A stretch of 63,981 nt of DNA, filler included, from Reclinomonas americana ATCC 50394 (GCA_048213135.1; 14 parts of 14 records of this genome joined end to end with filler, not necessarily neighbours in it), one strand, 5' to 3'. Counted from the first letter of the whole stretch, positions 38,351 to 55,250 are shown. Program-made: numbers and translations. The notes: generated by a model from the letters alone, not told the origin.

Positions 38351-39060
38351 CGGAGATAACGAGATAGAAGAGTGACTTCACAGGACGAACTCGAATGCAG
38401 ATGTCAGTCTGTGCGTGCAGCCATCCTCTCCGCTGTATGCACGAAGACTTCCCCATTGTGCTGCACGCTGTCATTGCTGGTCATGCAGTCGACTTCTAAG
38501 CTGCAATTGTTCTCGATCCCAGCTAGCGCCGTCTGCCACTGTTTTGCTCCATAACCTGTCGTCAGCACCTGAGACATTTCCTTGCACCGTTAGCTATCCT
38601 CTCACGGTACTTGGTGAGCCCTTGGTCGCGATCGCTGCGCTGCATTCGAATTCAACGAGCGCCCTCGATTGCAGCTGATCATGAACCATGTCTGCGACAG
38701 ACACTCCCTTGCACTATTTGCTATCTTGCCGCAGCGCACCAAGTGACCCCTTAATGGCGATCGCTGTACGTTGTTGTGAACCAGAGCGTTTGCTCCGCCA
38801 TCTTCGCTGTCTGTCGGTGATCGTAAAATCATCTTCCCTGTTACCTTTCACCTTTTTGCTGTTCCACCAAGTCACGCGAACCCTTGGCGATCGCAGCAGT
38901 CGATTGCAAGCTCCTTCCTTCGATCGCTGCTGTTAACCCGTGTTCGCAGTCTACGCAAGCGGTCTTCTCCGTCGCCTGTACCTTCGTTTTCGATCGCTGT
39001 GTTTCCCACGGCCAGGTCCCTGATATGAGTAAGAACAACCCTTCATGAGCCTCCCCTCTT

Positions 39061-42000
39061 TCACAACCGGCTGATCCACAAGCGCATTGCATCCATGGCC
39101 GCCACGGCTTGTGGGCAATGTGTACGCACAAACTCCTCGTCTGTGGCCACCGACCGCGCAGCGTCGCCCTGCGGACAAGCGGGATTGTGAGCGTCGTCGC
39201 CATCGGAACGACGATACGACAACGAACCAAAGCGTACGAGGCCTTCAACGCCGCGGCGCCGTCAAAGTTCACGAATGCCAGTCGTGCAGTCAGTTCGTGC
39301 GGATGCCGCTCGAACGCCGAGCCTGCATGCATACTGCGAGTGAGACAGCGCAAAACGCTGCCCTAACTTCCTCCCCGCACGCACCAGGCAGCAGCGCCAC
39401 ACCCGACTCGGCCAGCAGGCGATCGCATAGCTCAGCCGAGGTGGTGATTCCACGTCGCGACAGCTGTTCGCGGAACGGCTCAAAGTCGGGGAACAAATAG
39501 AACGCACCCTGTGATGCCACCAACATAGAATGAGCCACGTCAAAGTGTTTCTCAGCTTCCACCGTCGTCACTCACCGCAGCCGGCACGCAAGGCACGCCG
39601 GCCACCTCGAGTGCCTGATGGCAGTGGCGAGCAATGGCACGGAGAATGTGGTTCTGGTGGAGGATGCAGCGCTGAATGCTGACGGGGAGAGCGAGAGGTG
39701 AGGAATAGGGAGAGACTCATCAAGGGGAGAGATGCTGCGCCACTCAACGATTTCTCGCTCACGTCGTAGGCCTTGATGGCGGCGTACTGCACTGGCGAGG
39801 CAACTGTTCGATGACGGTCAGTGCGATGCACCCTTCGGCCATTCAACTGACGCCACTCACCACAGCTGAATATCTGCGAGGCCACGGCGGATGCGGCCAC
39901 AACCAGCGACGACAGAGAGGACGGGTATGCCGCAAATCCTGTTAATCGAAGACTCGCGTGAGGGAGGAGACACACACACGCAGACAACTCGCCACTCCAC
40001 ACTCACCCAGGCGCCATCCACCTGCTCCCGCCCACCTGACACAATGCCAACAAGTCAGCGAAGAATGAGTTGAAACGCCAGAGTTGATACACATGCGAGC
40101 GCAACTTGGAGAGGCCAGAGAACAGAACAGTGCCCTCTGGGTAGCTGGCAGCCATCGACGCCGGCGTCCCCTCGAATGTGGCACTGGCGTAGATCTCGTC
40201 GCTATGGGGCACGGGTGGTCAGACTCAATCAAACAAAGGGGGGAAGATGGAAAGGGATGCGCTAAGCTGCGAGAAAGCAGTGCGATGCGCAACAGCGGTC
40301 TTGAAAACAGAAACACGCACCAAGTCTCTTCCACTAAACCCCTATCTCCTTGTTGTTGCTGTTGCTGTTCTTCTTCTTCTTCAATCTCGCGTTACACTTC
40401 CTCCGCCACCTGGTGTTCTTTTCGGCATTCTCCTTGCTCATTTTCTTCTCTCTCCCCCTCCATTTCATCTCTTCCTCTCCCAATGTCTCCCATCTTCCAC
40501 CAATGTCTCCTATTCCTCCTCCTTTGTCCTCGCCTCCTCCACGTTCCCCGTCCCTCACACACCCTTCTCCTTCTCGTTCTCCTTATTCTTCTTTTCCCCC
40601 TATCTTCCGTCCTTTTCTCTCTTACTTCTTCTTCTCCTTCGCATTCTTCTTCTCCTCCTCCTCCTCCTACTTCTCAGTCTCCCTTCCTCCCCTTCTCTCT
40701 GCCACTCTCTACCCCTCCCATGCTCCCTTCCTCCCTCCTTCCCCTCCCTCCATCTTCTTCTCCTCCTCCTCCTCTTCCATTCTCCCTTCCTCCCTCTCCC
40801 CCTCCTCTTCTTCCCTCCCTCCTCCCATTCTCCTTCCCCTTCCCCATTCCCGTCCCTCCTTGTTCTTCCTTCCTTCCTCCTCCTTCCCTCCCTCTCTCCC
40901 TCCCTTCCCCTTCCTCTCCTTTCCCTCCCCCCTCCCTCTCCCTCTCCCTCCTTGTGGCCTCACCTAAACACCAGCGCATTGTGCCGGCGCAACACCGACG
41001 CCAGCGCATCATACTCGGCCTTGGTGTACGCCTGCCCCGTGGGATTGCCCGGCGAGTTGAGAATGACGGCACAGTGACGGCGACGCCGCGGCACGAGGAG
41101 GGCGGCATCCAGAGCGGCCGGTGTCACTTTCCTGCATATTGCCTCCTTTTGTGAGTTTGTTGTGCGGGCGGCAGACGAGAAGAAAGAAAACGGACGACAA
41201 ACCAGCTGGTGTCGGCCGTGGTGTGCAACAGGTGCACGTGGCATCCGCTCATGTTGGCCTGCGCGCAAGTGAGCTGTATATCGATGGCAAACCCCCAAGG
41301 CACCCACGCACGCAACATGCGGTCGATACGACACCCACGTCGGCGTGGGAATGATCACGTCTGCGAGTGGTCGCCGGTCAGCGACAACCGCAACAACGAG
41401 CTCACTGCAGCGCGCGCACGGCTCACCTCCATCAAAGCACAATTGCGTAATGTACAGGAGGCCCTTTGATCCGGGGCCCACAATCACGTTCTCGGGTCGC
41501 AGGTGCACGCCCGGGAACTGATCGCCGAGCCACGAGACAATCGCATTGCGCAGTGCCGGGAGACCTGTGCAGGGCCCGACGAATGAGCAAGACAATAGAG
41601 AGATACACATACCAAGCTCAGGCACCTTTGACCTGCAAGTACGCATTCTCATGCGCGTGCTTCTGCAGCTCGTCGTGCACCACCGACGGAACCTGTCACA
41701 CACCAAAAAAAAATGTCGGGGAAATCCGGCAGCACACGTGTGTGTGGGGGTGGGGTGGGGACGCAACAGGAAAGGGGCTCTCGCCAAAGCCCATGGCAAA
41801 CACCGGCTGCCCTCGCGCTCGCATCTCTGCCAGCCTGCATTCCACAATGATGAGTGTGACGATGACAAGACAATGACTGAGGAGGAGGAGGAGACGACCT
41901 TGTGCTCATGGCCATTGTGGGTGACGAGTCGAGTGCGGCCATCTGTGTGCCACAGCATTGGTTGGTCAGAGTCAGCTGAAGTGAGAGTGGAGGGAGAGAG

Positions 42001-42179
42001 CAGACCTCCGGTTTCACGAGATTCTCAAACACAGCCTTTGGTGACACGCTGCGAGTGTGAACGCAGTGCGATGATGATGCCGAGGATGTGATCGTGCGTT
42101 GGAGGAGGAGAGGAGGCGGGAGAGGGGGCGACTGGCCAGCTCCTGTCGATCGCAGGAGGCAACGAGCGCGCGCAAACAT
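39061..42179 (-). CDS. PLP-dependent class I/II aminotransferase (aspartate aminotransferase-like), possible mitochondrial presequence
   Basis: GLPALRNAI, VGPGSK, PTPTWVSY, LNSPGNPTG, SDEIY, SGLSK|WAGAGGWRLG, GAFYLFP; Arg-rich N-terminus MFARARCLLRS. Confidence 0.9.
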
Positions 42180-42275
42180 AATTGCAGCGTGTTCGGAAAT
42201 CACTAGGACAGGGACGGAGGTGAAAGAAGAAGGGGGCGATGGTTTCACTGCGAGAGGCTCGTTCTGCGTGGTGGT

Positions 42276-43303
42276 CTACACGGGCGGCGCCGTTGTTCCG
42301 TAGTTCGTGTACGCGCCGGCACCGTTGTGAGCGGCATACTGCGCACCATACGGCGGCACTGGCGCGGCGTTGGCGTAGGCAGGCGCCGGTGCGTCGATGG
42401 TCTTGAGCGGCGGCCCGAGCTTGCGGTACGCGATCCACAGAGCAACGTAGCCGACCAGCAGCGGAATCCACATCACCCACACGGCTGCAGGTCGATTCCA
42501 ATGTTAGAGAAGAACGCATGTCTGCCAAGCACAGCAAACGCAACGCCAGCGAGGAGAGCAGAAGCCGTCGGCGCCAATAAAGGCAAACACAGTAACTATA
42601 GCGGTTCCAACGAGACCGCTCAGGAGACCTGCGTTTTTATGTGAGCGTGAACGCACAAGAAAAACGAGGAAGACTTCTCTTAATACCTCACCAACGGTGA
42701 ACACAAAAGCGTTGAGGCCGCGACCGCGCTCGCGAGTGTAGCGCACGTTGACAACAATGTGGATCACGTGCAGCAGCATGCACGAGCCGCAGATGATCAA
42801 CAAGGCCATGACGAAGGCGCCCACGGGATCGGAGGTGCCCGGGAACATGCCGGCGTAGAGGCCAAGAATGTCTCGGAACTCGCTAGGCGCCTCCGAGAAC
42901 GACCAGCAGGAGCACTCGGTCTCCAAACAGCCGCACACCTCGCTGTTCTTCACCAGCAGACCTGCAAGCGACAAGAGAGTGAGAAGACAACAGATGGCGG
43001 ACGAAACTACGCTGCTGCAAACAAAGAACACCCCCTACGATACCCTCTCTTACAACAACACTCTCTGGACTAACCAAAGCCAAGGGAGGCTCCAAGGTCA
43101 AACACCCGGACATGCGCCACGGACCAAATGTTGCCGCCGCCGGCGATCGCAATGATGGCCACGGCGATGCCGAGGCTCAGCAGGGTGAGCACAATGGTCC
43201 ACCGACCACGCGACGACTGCAGAGCCGCGCCGCACGAGACGGTGTCGCCGGCGCTGGCGAGCAACTGGCGCTGATCAGACTGCACGGAGGGCTGGGTATT
43301 CAT
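42276..43303 (-). CDS. About 4-TM membrane protein (claudin-like topology) with Pro/Tyr-rich tail
   Basis: Hydrophobic segments IVLTLLSLGIAVAIIAI, FVMALLIICG, LLSGLVGTAIVTVFAFI, WIPLLVGYVALWI; tail contains PPY. Confidence 0.6.
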
Positions 43304-43726
43304 GGCTCACGGAGAGACTGTCAAATGCACGTGAGAGGCGGACTGGATCAAGTTCAGTTCCACTTCATGTAGGTCACGCAACTGAAGTCTGTCTCGCGGT
43401 GTCGGCGGGTTTCTTCAATCCGAAAATATTGGGGTGTTCATCGATGGGGGACATCTCGACCAAAACTCGACCATACCGAGGTGTATCGGATTCCGCCAAT
43501 ACTGTGTGTGTGTGGGAGGCATAGCGGCGGCTAGGGATCCAGAACAAGCCACACGACTCACGGGCAGACGGCGGCCGGGGCAGATCCACAAATAGCACAT
43601 GTCACACACATGCCGTCAATTCGCAACGAGGGGGAACAGTTCCTCGAATGTTGCGGACAGAGGCGCCGTCGTGTAGAGTCACCAAGGCGCGCCAAGCCAT
43701 CGTCGCCAGTCGATATTTGACGGCCA

Positions 43727-45074
43727 TCACTCGGCGACATCAGTCGGGTCGCCCGCGGTCACCCATCGCCACCATTGCACTCGTGCATCTTCCTCGAGGA
43801 AGCAGCGCAGCACCATCAGCGGCAACGGTTCGCGTCCCACGCCGCCCTCATCGTCGCGGTCGCCGTCACTGTCGTCTACCAACTCGAGTAAATGATCAAA
43901 CGCTGATCGCACCAGGAGAACCTCGCCGGCCGCCCACTGCGGTGCATTCCACCGCCCTGCAGCCACCGACACAACACACTCTCACGAGATGAACACACTG
44001 CTGTGAGCTGTGTAACGCCACAACTCACCGGCCGGCCAGATACGAATGGTGCCGTCGCCCGAGCTGCTCGCCACACGTCCGTCGCACAAGAAATGCACCG
44101 ACGACGCACTCTGCTGATGACCGTAAAACACGGCCGCCGTGCGACCCGACAACACGCTGATTACCTCCACAGTGCAACCTGCGCGCACAAGACAACACTC
44201 GTCAGCCGCGGACACACCCTCCCCCTTCTCCTGCCGCTCACCAACCATACGACGCGACCACCACATACAATCCGTCGGCGGAAAAGTTGACAGACGACGA
44301 CAACACCGCGCGTCTCCGCAGCTCCCGCCTCTCGCCCGTGCCCACCTCCAGCAGGCGCAGACTGCCCTTGCCGTTGACCATGGCCAGCGTGCGACCGTCG
44401 GGCGACAGCGCCAGCCGCAACACCATCACCGACTCGACTCCATCATGATCTTCCACCGTGCGAACACACTCGCCCGTGGCCAGTCGCCACCACCGCAGCG
44501 TGTTGTCAAACGCACTGCCGACGACGCACTCTCCACACGACGACAGCACCAACGACGACACCAACGGCGACGTGGTGAACACCGACATGCTCAATCCCGT
44601 GGTCAGTCGCCACACTCGCGCCGATCCATCCAGCGCCGCGCTCACCACATGCCGATCATCGCGCGTCACTGCCACCGCATACACACCCTCACGATGTCCG
44701 CGCCCAGTCCACACGTGCTCCACTGTGGCGCGTTCCTTGTCGACCTCCCACAGCACGACATCGCACTCGGCATTGTGGCTGACCCCAGTGCCGCCGGCCA
44801 ACCAGCGTGCAGTGGTGGGCGAGAATGACACTACCCACATGGGACGATGGTAGTGCTGCTGCACGGCAGAGGAGGCGAGGAGGCGTCCGTCGGAGCTGTG
44901 GAACACGTGGACGAGGGCGTCGTCACACGCAGCGGCGATGAGTTGGGTGGAGGAGGCGGGTGGTGGTTGGAGAGGGGGTGAGAGGGCGATTTGGCTGATG
45001 CTGCCTCCGCATGTGAGGAGGAGGTGGTGGCTTGGTGGTGGTGGTGGTGGTGGTGGTGGTGGTGGCGAGCTCAT
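43727..45074 (-). CDS. WD40-repeat protein with shared C-terminal motif
   Basis: GHREGVYAVAV...SAALDGSARVW, SAFDNTLRWW, GHQQ...SSSGDGTIRIW; last exon ...PLPLMVLRCFLEEDARV. Confidence 0.85.
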
Positions 45075-45419
45075 TGGAAGACAAGTGGCGTGTTCGTCCC
45101 GTGCGAGCTATGCATGCACTTTGTCGCGAGGAGAACATGTACTAGTTGTTAGAGAGAAACAGTCTGTTGTGGCCCCAGCTTGTCGCTGCAAGCTCGAGGA
45201 GCGAAACACGGCCGTCGACGTTGCAGATCGCTGACAGCGAATTCGAAGGTTGATTGGTGCAGTGTCTTTGACGTCGACTCGCTCTTTCCGCTGTGCGTGC
45301 AGCTATCGATTATTCCTGCTCACTGCACCGCTGAAGAATGTTCCGGGCCTTGCAGCGACGCACAGAAGTCGACGTCACTGATTTCGCGCGCTTTTTGTTC
45401 CAACACTTGCGGAGAGCAA

Positions 45420-48492
<3,073 letters not shown>

Positions 48493-48592
48493 NNNNNNNN
48501 NNNNNNNNNNNNNNNNNNNNNNNNNNNNNNNNNNNNTTAATTAATTAANNNNNNNNNNNNNNNNNNNNNNNNNNNNNNNNNNNNNNNNNNNN

Positions 48593-49182
48593 GGCCGCGC
48601 AGGCGGCGACTGCTCTTTCGACGCCGCTTCTTGAAAATGAGCACCTTGTCGCCCTGTGCGTGTTCCTCCACGGTTGCCAGCACGCGGGCGCCGGGGATGA
48701 TCGGGCGGCCAATGACTGATGTTTCGCGATTGCCGAAGAGCAGGACCTGGTGGGGAGAAGGGGGGAGGGGAAGGGGGGATGAGAATGAGAAAGAGAGGGA
48801 AGGAGAAGCGGAGACTGTAACGCGAAGAGGGAAAAGAGATCACGAGAAAGATGCGCAGAGATTGCAGAGACGGATTGATTTGAAGGAAGGGAGAAGGAAA
48901 CAGTGAGGAAGAGCGTGGAGAGGGTAACATTGACAGCAAATGAGAAGAAAGAAATTCAGAGAGACAAACATGGAGAGCAGATGCACACATGTGATGAAGA
49001 AAGATAGTGAGAGCTCCAAGTTGAGCTTCCAGTTGACACTGCTGCATCTCTCTCCCAGTACTTCGCCGCAGCCTACTTCTCTCACTGCTGCGTTGCACCC
49101 TTTCGAATCCAACAGAGAGAAAGAGATAGCACACAGAGATGTGTCTTCTGCGAACACTGGTGCACGCAACTTCGTTCACTCT

Positions 49183-49222
<40 letters not shown>

Positions 49223-50654
49223 TTCGATGCATTCCCATCGCCTCCAACAGGACAGAACGAGACAAAGACGATGGAATGTGCAGACGGGAAATACAAAGCA
49301 AAAAGAAAAGAAACACGAGAGAGAACACACTGTGATTCTTCTTCTGCAAACACTGGCACACGCCAACTTCGTTCACTCTGCGAGGCGTAAAAACGCGACA
49401 GGCATGCGAAGAAAGAGAGACAAGAAAGTGCAACAACGACGGTCTGCACCAGAACGAGTTGAGGAGAAGGCATGAAACGCGAAGCACAGCAGATGAGCGC
49501 AGAAAAAAGAGAACAACAACAAGAAGGAGACAAAGATGAAAGTAACTGAGACCAGAGAAGAATGCAGCTGTGGCGTCAGCAGAAGACGTTGCACAGTGTG
49601 CTGTCTCGCTTTCTCCCCTCCATCTCCTTTCGTTCACAATGGCGTAGCTCGTGCAGATCTTCCTCCTTGTCTCCTCCTCGTTCTTCTTCTTTATCTCCAC
49701 CTCCTCGTCCTCTTGCAGCTGTTGTCGTTCTTCTTTCTTCTTCTTCTTCTTCTCATCTTCTTTCCCTCCTCCTCTTCCCTCTTTTTCCCTTCTCCTTCTT
49801 GTTGTTCTTCTTGCGGTTCTTCTTGTGGTTGTTCTTCTTCTTCTCCTCATTCACCTTCTCGTCCTCCACCTCCTCCTCCTCCTTCTTCTTCTTCTTCTTT
49901 CTTCTTCTCCTCTTCTCCTTAATCTTCTTCTTCTTGTTCTTCTGCTCTCCTTCATCTTCCTCCCCTTCTCCTTCTCGTCCTCCACCTCCTCCCCTTACCC
50001 CTCCCTTTCCCCCTTTCCCCTTCCCCCCTTTCCCCCTTGACCCTCCTCACCTTCTCCAACAATATCTTCGCCCCCACCGGCGCCCCCACCAACCGCTGCG
50101 TCACAATCCGCTCTCCCACCACCACCTTGAACTGCTGCCCGCCGACCGCCACCACCGCAAACGCCTGCACATCCGCATCCGCCGTTCGCGCCTCAAACAC
50201 CGCCTGCGCCTCACTCACACTCATGCCCGCATTCACCAACAACTCGGCTCGATGATGCACAATGTGCGGCTCGCGAATGTCAAACACCGGCGCCGGTGTC
50301 GGCGACGGTTCAGTGGGCGGAGAAGGCGGAGGAGGAGGCGGAAGAGTCGATGTCGACTTGGTGATGGATGATGATGATAATGAGGGGAAGAGTTTTGTTG
50401 CGAATGATCGCCCACCTCCTGTGCGCGTGTGTGCGTGTGAGGGAGCAGCATGTGCGGAGGAGGCAGAGCGTGTGCGCGCAACTGGCGAGAGTGGCGCCTG
50501 TGTGTGTGTTGCACATGACATGCCCGCACACGCATACACGCACGCACAAACAAAGGAATCACAGGAGAGCAGTGAGCGAGCTTGTCAACGCACACACAGC
50601 ACACAGGCTGACAGAGAGCACAACGCAACGAAAGGCATTGGCGCGCAACAGCAT
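48593..50654 (-). CDS. MRPL21: Organellar (likely mitochondrial) ribosomal protein bL21; intron 48747-50050
   Basis: FAVVAVGGQQFKV...ILLEK|VLLFG...IGRP...ATVEEH..GDKVLIFKKRRRK; long N-terminal extension; 3' end in gap; start inferred. Confidence 0.88.
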
Positions 50655-50864
50655 CGTGTTGTGGACAGTCGCGCTCGCTGCCAACTGTCCTCTGTCCTCA
50701 CTCGCACATAATCAACTCGTATCCCGCCTCTTCCCCTCTCGCTTTCTCAGCGCACACAGACGCACATACTGCATGCACGCAGACAGAGTGCACAACGCGC
50801 CCTTCACTTGCGAGACAGTCACGCTCGCCGGCAACTGTCCTTGCATTTGTCCCACCACGAAAAA

Positions 50865-53800
50865 ATGTCAAGTTCCGTGCGCCACCCTTGCCTTTTTCCC
50901 TTCTTCTCTCCACTCATTCACTCCCTCTCTCTAGCGATGGACGAACGCCTGAATCATGTCGCCATGTCGATGACTGCACAGGCGGCAGTGCTGTTCGAGG
51001 AGGACGACGATGGCGCGTCGCCAATGCCGCAGATTGAGCTGTCGGAGGACGCCTTGCTCGCGCAGCTGCAGCGGCTCGGCGCCACCTGTGCCACTGACGT
51101 CATGCAGATCATTCACGGTGCATCGATGATGAATGATTGGTGCGCGGCAGAGTGGCGGACACTGACTGATTGTGATCTTGTCAGATTTCGGACCGGTCGG
51201 TGCACGTGGGCTGATGAGTCGAGGAGTGGCGCGATTGCTGAGTCGCGTACTAGGCGCACGGGTTACCGATGCCATGCTGTTGAAATGTGCGCCGGCGATC
51301 GGGCAAATCGCCGAGGCGTTGCGCGCTCTGACACGAGGTCTCTGCAAGTTGTTGTCTGACTATCTCTCGCTGCGATGTGTCTGACTCGTTGTGGTCAGAG
51401 ATGAACGGTCGATTGCGAGTGCAGTTTGCCGGTGGCGATGGCGGAGGCACAGGGTCGGCGGTGCAGCTGTTGCAGCGTCTGGCGGAGCTGTCGGTGGAGA
51501 GTGACGATGTGCGCCGGATTGCCGTCTGTGCGCTGCATGTGGTCGGCGATGTGGTCGCCGGTGAGTCGCTTCCGCCCCTCCCCCCTCCAACCTCTTGAGA
51601 GTCTCATCCGAGTCGTGCATGCAGCTCCCGAGACGCGTGCGGTGTTTGGCGAGGACGGGTCGCGGGCGTTGGCGGAAGTAACCAAGAAGTTCTACGCTGA
51701 TGAGCGGGCTTGTGTGGCGGCGTGTCGGGCGATTGAGGCGACGCTGTATGGTGCCGACACGAGTGCGTCGGTGTTGCAGGCGTTTGTCGATGGACAGGGA
51801 GCGCAAACGTTGGCAATGGCACTGGTGGTGCACATGGAGAGTGAGCATGTGGTGGCGGCCGTGTGCGACGCGCTCATTTCGATGGGGCACAAGCTCGGCT
51901 CCTCCGATATGGTGGCCACGCCGGCTGATCTCACACAGAGTTGCGCCCTCTCTTACGCATGTCTCTCGCTTTCTAGTTTTCTCACTCGTTTGGGTGGCAC
52001 GCAGTGTTGCATGATTTTGGAGAGTACGGCATTGAGTCGCTGTGCGCAGTGGCACGCGACAGCACCACCTCGGAGCTCGTAATCGGCAAGATTGCTCGCT
52101 GCCTGGCCACCGTCGTGCGCTCGCACGGTAACCGCCAGCACTTCCGCGAGCTGCGTGGTCAGCTTGTGCTCGTCGACCTGGTCGGGCGATGCACCGGCAA
52201 CCCTGGAATTCTCATGGACGTGTGCCGCGCCATGCGTCTTGCGCAAAGTGCGATATCTCTTTCTCTATCCCCTCCTCCTGCTCTATGCAACTCACCCTGC
52301 GTGCATGCCAGTGCCTGGTCAGATCGACGACATGGCCGAGTCTCGTGGCTTTGAGCAGCTGGCGCTGGCACTCTCGGTGAACATGTCGCGCGACAAGCGC
52401 ACCCGCGTGACGCCCGTCATTCTCGATTTGTTGACGCGCGTCACTCGCACCCGCGGTACGTCTCTGTGTGTACATCTCTTTCCGTCACCTTGCTCATCCG
52501 CACAACGCAGCCGTCGACTGGGACGACGCGTGGAAAGCCATTCCGCTCGATCATGAAAGCCGTCTCTTCTTCTATGAGAACGCCGCCAAGGGCAAGCAGC
52601 GGTACTTTCATCCAAATTTTGGCCTGGTGCGTCGTGCTACGTGGTGTCGTCTCCTCTTCGACCTCTCACTGTCTGCCAGTCACCTGAGACGCCGCCGACG
52701 CTGGCCACCGAGGTCGAGTTCATTTTGACGCTCAGCGAGAAGATTCGCGTCATCAAGCGCTGGTGGCTTCAGCTGAAGGAGCAGAAGCGAGCACGAGGTG
52801 CGCGTGGTGTTACTGCCCGCGCTTACCACCACTACCTGCGCACACTCACTCTCCTCACCTCCGTCTGAGCAGAGTGCTTGCAGAAGATGCCCGAGTGGCG
52901 CCGAGTGCACTACCGCAACGGTGTCTTCTTCGAGTTTATCCGCAATCAGAAGGTGCTCGTCGAGATGCTGGACTTTTACCACCGAGAGATCATGGTGCCC
53001 ATGCGGCGGGATAAGATCATTGCGCCGCACAATGCCCGCGTCCTCTTCTCCAACTGGGAGGAGCTGATGCAGGTGAACGCCGACTTTCTCATGCATCTCG
53101 AGCTGTTGCCGTTCAATGGCACGCACTCGGCCCAGTTCACCATTGGCGAGGAGATTCAGCGAGTTGCGCACATGCTGTTGTGTGTCTGTGTGTGCACATT
53201 CATTGCCTGACACGTAGGTGTGCTGCGCAGTACGTCCGCGACTACGAGCGCCCGATCATCGACTACGTGATATCCATTAAGAGCATTTTCCAGTTCATCA
53301 AGGACAAGGACAAGAAGAAAAAGTACTGGCACTTCATCACCGAGGCCTTCAAGAAGCTGCCGAAGCGGTACACGTTGCCGGATTTCGTCACGCTGGTGAG
53401 TGCTGCATATTGTGGCGAGTTTTGCATCGACAACTCTCACATTTCTGTGCGCAGCCGTTCAAGCGCATCATCAACCACGAGACCACATTCCGCGAGCTCG
53501 TGCGACACTCGGATCCGGCACTGCACTGCTACCAGCAGCTAGTCTCCGCCCAGGAGTCCTTGTCTCAACTTGTCGATGCGGTGAACCGCGCACACGGTGT
53601 GGCCGACGAGGCGGCGTTCTTGGAGGAGATGCGTCGCCAGTTTTCATGGATGCCGTGGACGGTCTCTTGCTCCATCTTGTTTCTCTCGCCAGTGTGTCCT
53701 GTGCTCATCACATTCGCCACGCAGGAAATCCTCGCCAAGCCATCGCGGGAGCCACTGCAGCACTCCATCTATCACGTCCGCGTTACGCGCGCATCGGGCG

Positions 53801-55124
53801 AGCACACCTCGACGCCGCTGCCTTTGTTTTTCCCCTCCGTCTCCAGTGCCAGCGGTCGAAATGGGAGTGTAAGGTGCGGCAGTTACCCTCCCCCTGTTCT
53901 CCCCTCCCGCATCACTCAACATGAATGCATCCAGTCCGCGCGGTGGAGCGTCGCAGCCAGCAGCCCCGTGGCTTCGATCGGAGCCGCACTCACCCGTGGC
54001 GTCGCGCGCCATTTCCCCCACGCGACTCGGTCTGGCCAGTGTTGCCATGCGATCGCTGTCCGCGAGCAGCAGCGGCTTCAGTCACGCGTCGAGTGCGAGC
54101 AGCGCGGATGGCGACGAAGTCGAGGCGGAGCCGGTGAGGCTGGCCTACTGCTTGTGTGCCTCACGATAAGTTGACTGACACGCCGAGCGCAGTCATTGCT
54201 GGATGCTGATCGTGTCTGCATCCTCTTCTCGGACTGCATCATGTTCTTCCCCGACGCAACTGCCTTGTCGCCGCAGGCCGGCAGCTCGGCCAGCATGCTG
54301 CCGTTTGACCCCTCCAGTCGAGCCGTCGGTTTTGTGTACTTGCCTCTGGTCGAGCAGATGCAGTTTGCCGCCGGTGAGTGTGTGCATGAGCACGTCGCTT
54401 TTGCCTCCGTCATGTCTTGACGCAAACGCACCTCTCTGCCAGATTCGGTAACACTCCGGCTGCTCGACGGCACCTCCATTCTCCTGTCGCGCGCCGAACG
54501 GACCGTGCCTGATGCGCCGTCGCAGTGGTCGGAGCTGATCAATTCGGCGGTGGAGGGAGCACGTTGCGTCTGTTTTATCTTTCCATTGGTGGTCGGTGCG
54601 AGGAGTCTCATCCCTCTGCGTAGTGTCTTCTGTGCGACGTGAGTTGTGCGACAAACTGCCGGCGCGACAGCGCGTCAAGCACGTTGTCGACGATCTGAGT
54701 CGGGAGGTAGAGTGTGGGCTCGCAAATGCGCTTATTATTGGTTGTCTCGCTGACAATAATGTGCGCAGCTTGCGGGAGTGAGCAACAGGAGGTCGCAGAA
54801 GCACTTGTCGCTCATGAGTCAGATTTACAAAGTCCGCGCCGAGTACCTGATGGTCGAGGGACAGTTGCGTGTGTGTGTGTGTGTGTGTGCGTTTGGGTGA
54901 CGTGAGCGACGGCACGACTGAACACCGCTCACAGGCTGCTCACGCTGCTCGAGAGCGATCAATTCGTCTTGGAGCACCTGCTGGATGTGGCGTCGTACCA
55001 CAACTCGCAGTGGTCGGAGATGCTTGGGCCGCTGCCGGTGGGTGACTTCTTTCTGCTCTCCTCAGTATTGTGTTGCTGGCTCGCTCACCCATCTCTTGTC
55101 TGACAGAGCGACTTGCGCGGATAA
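50865..55124 (+). CDS. ARM-like + WW + IQ-like + degenerate DH (RhoGEF) + PH protein
   Basis: WKAIPLDHESRLFFYEN...YFHP (WW); IKRWW (IQ-like); RNGVFFEFIRNQK...LFSNWEELMQVNADFL, PFKRI, LVDAVNR (DH); RVCILFSDCIMF (PH). 3' end approximate. Confidence 0.75.
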
Positions 55125-55250
55125 CAATGTACATCTGCATGAGTGGTGTTTTTTCTTTACAAGCGAGACGTGGTGGTCTGATACATTTTTTACTGCAAAG
55201 TGCCAGCCGTCGCCGCCGGGTGTGGAGAAGAAGCAAAGGCAAAGGTCTGT

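Noticed and set aside
49143..49382. About 40-nt direct repeat inside the bL21 intron
   Set aside because: Only two imperfect copies, with no terminal repeats or target-site duplication to indicate an element.
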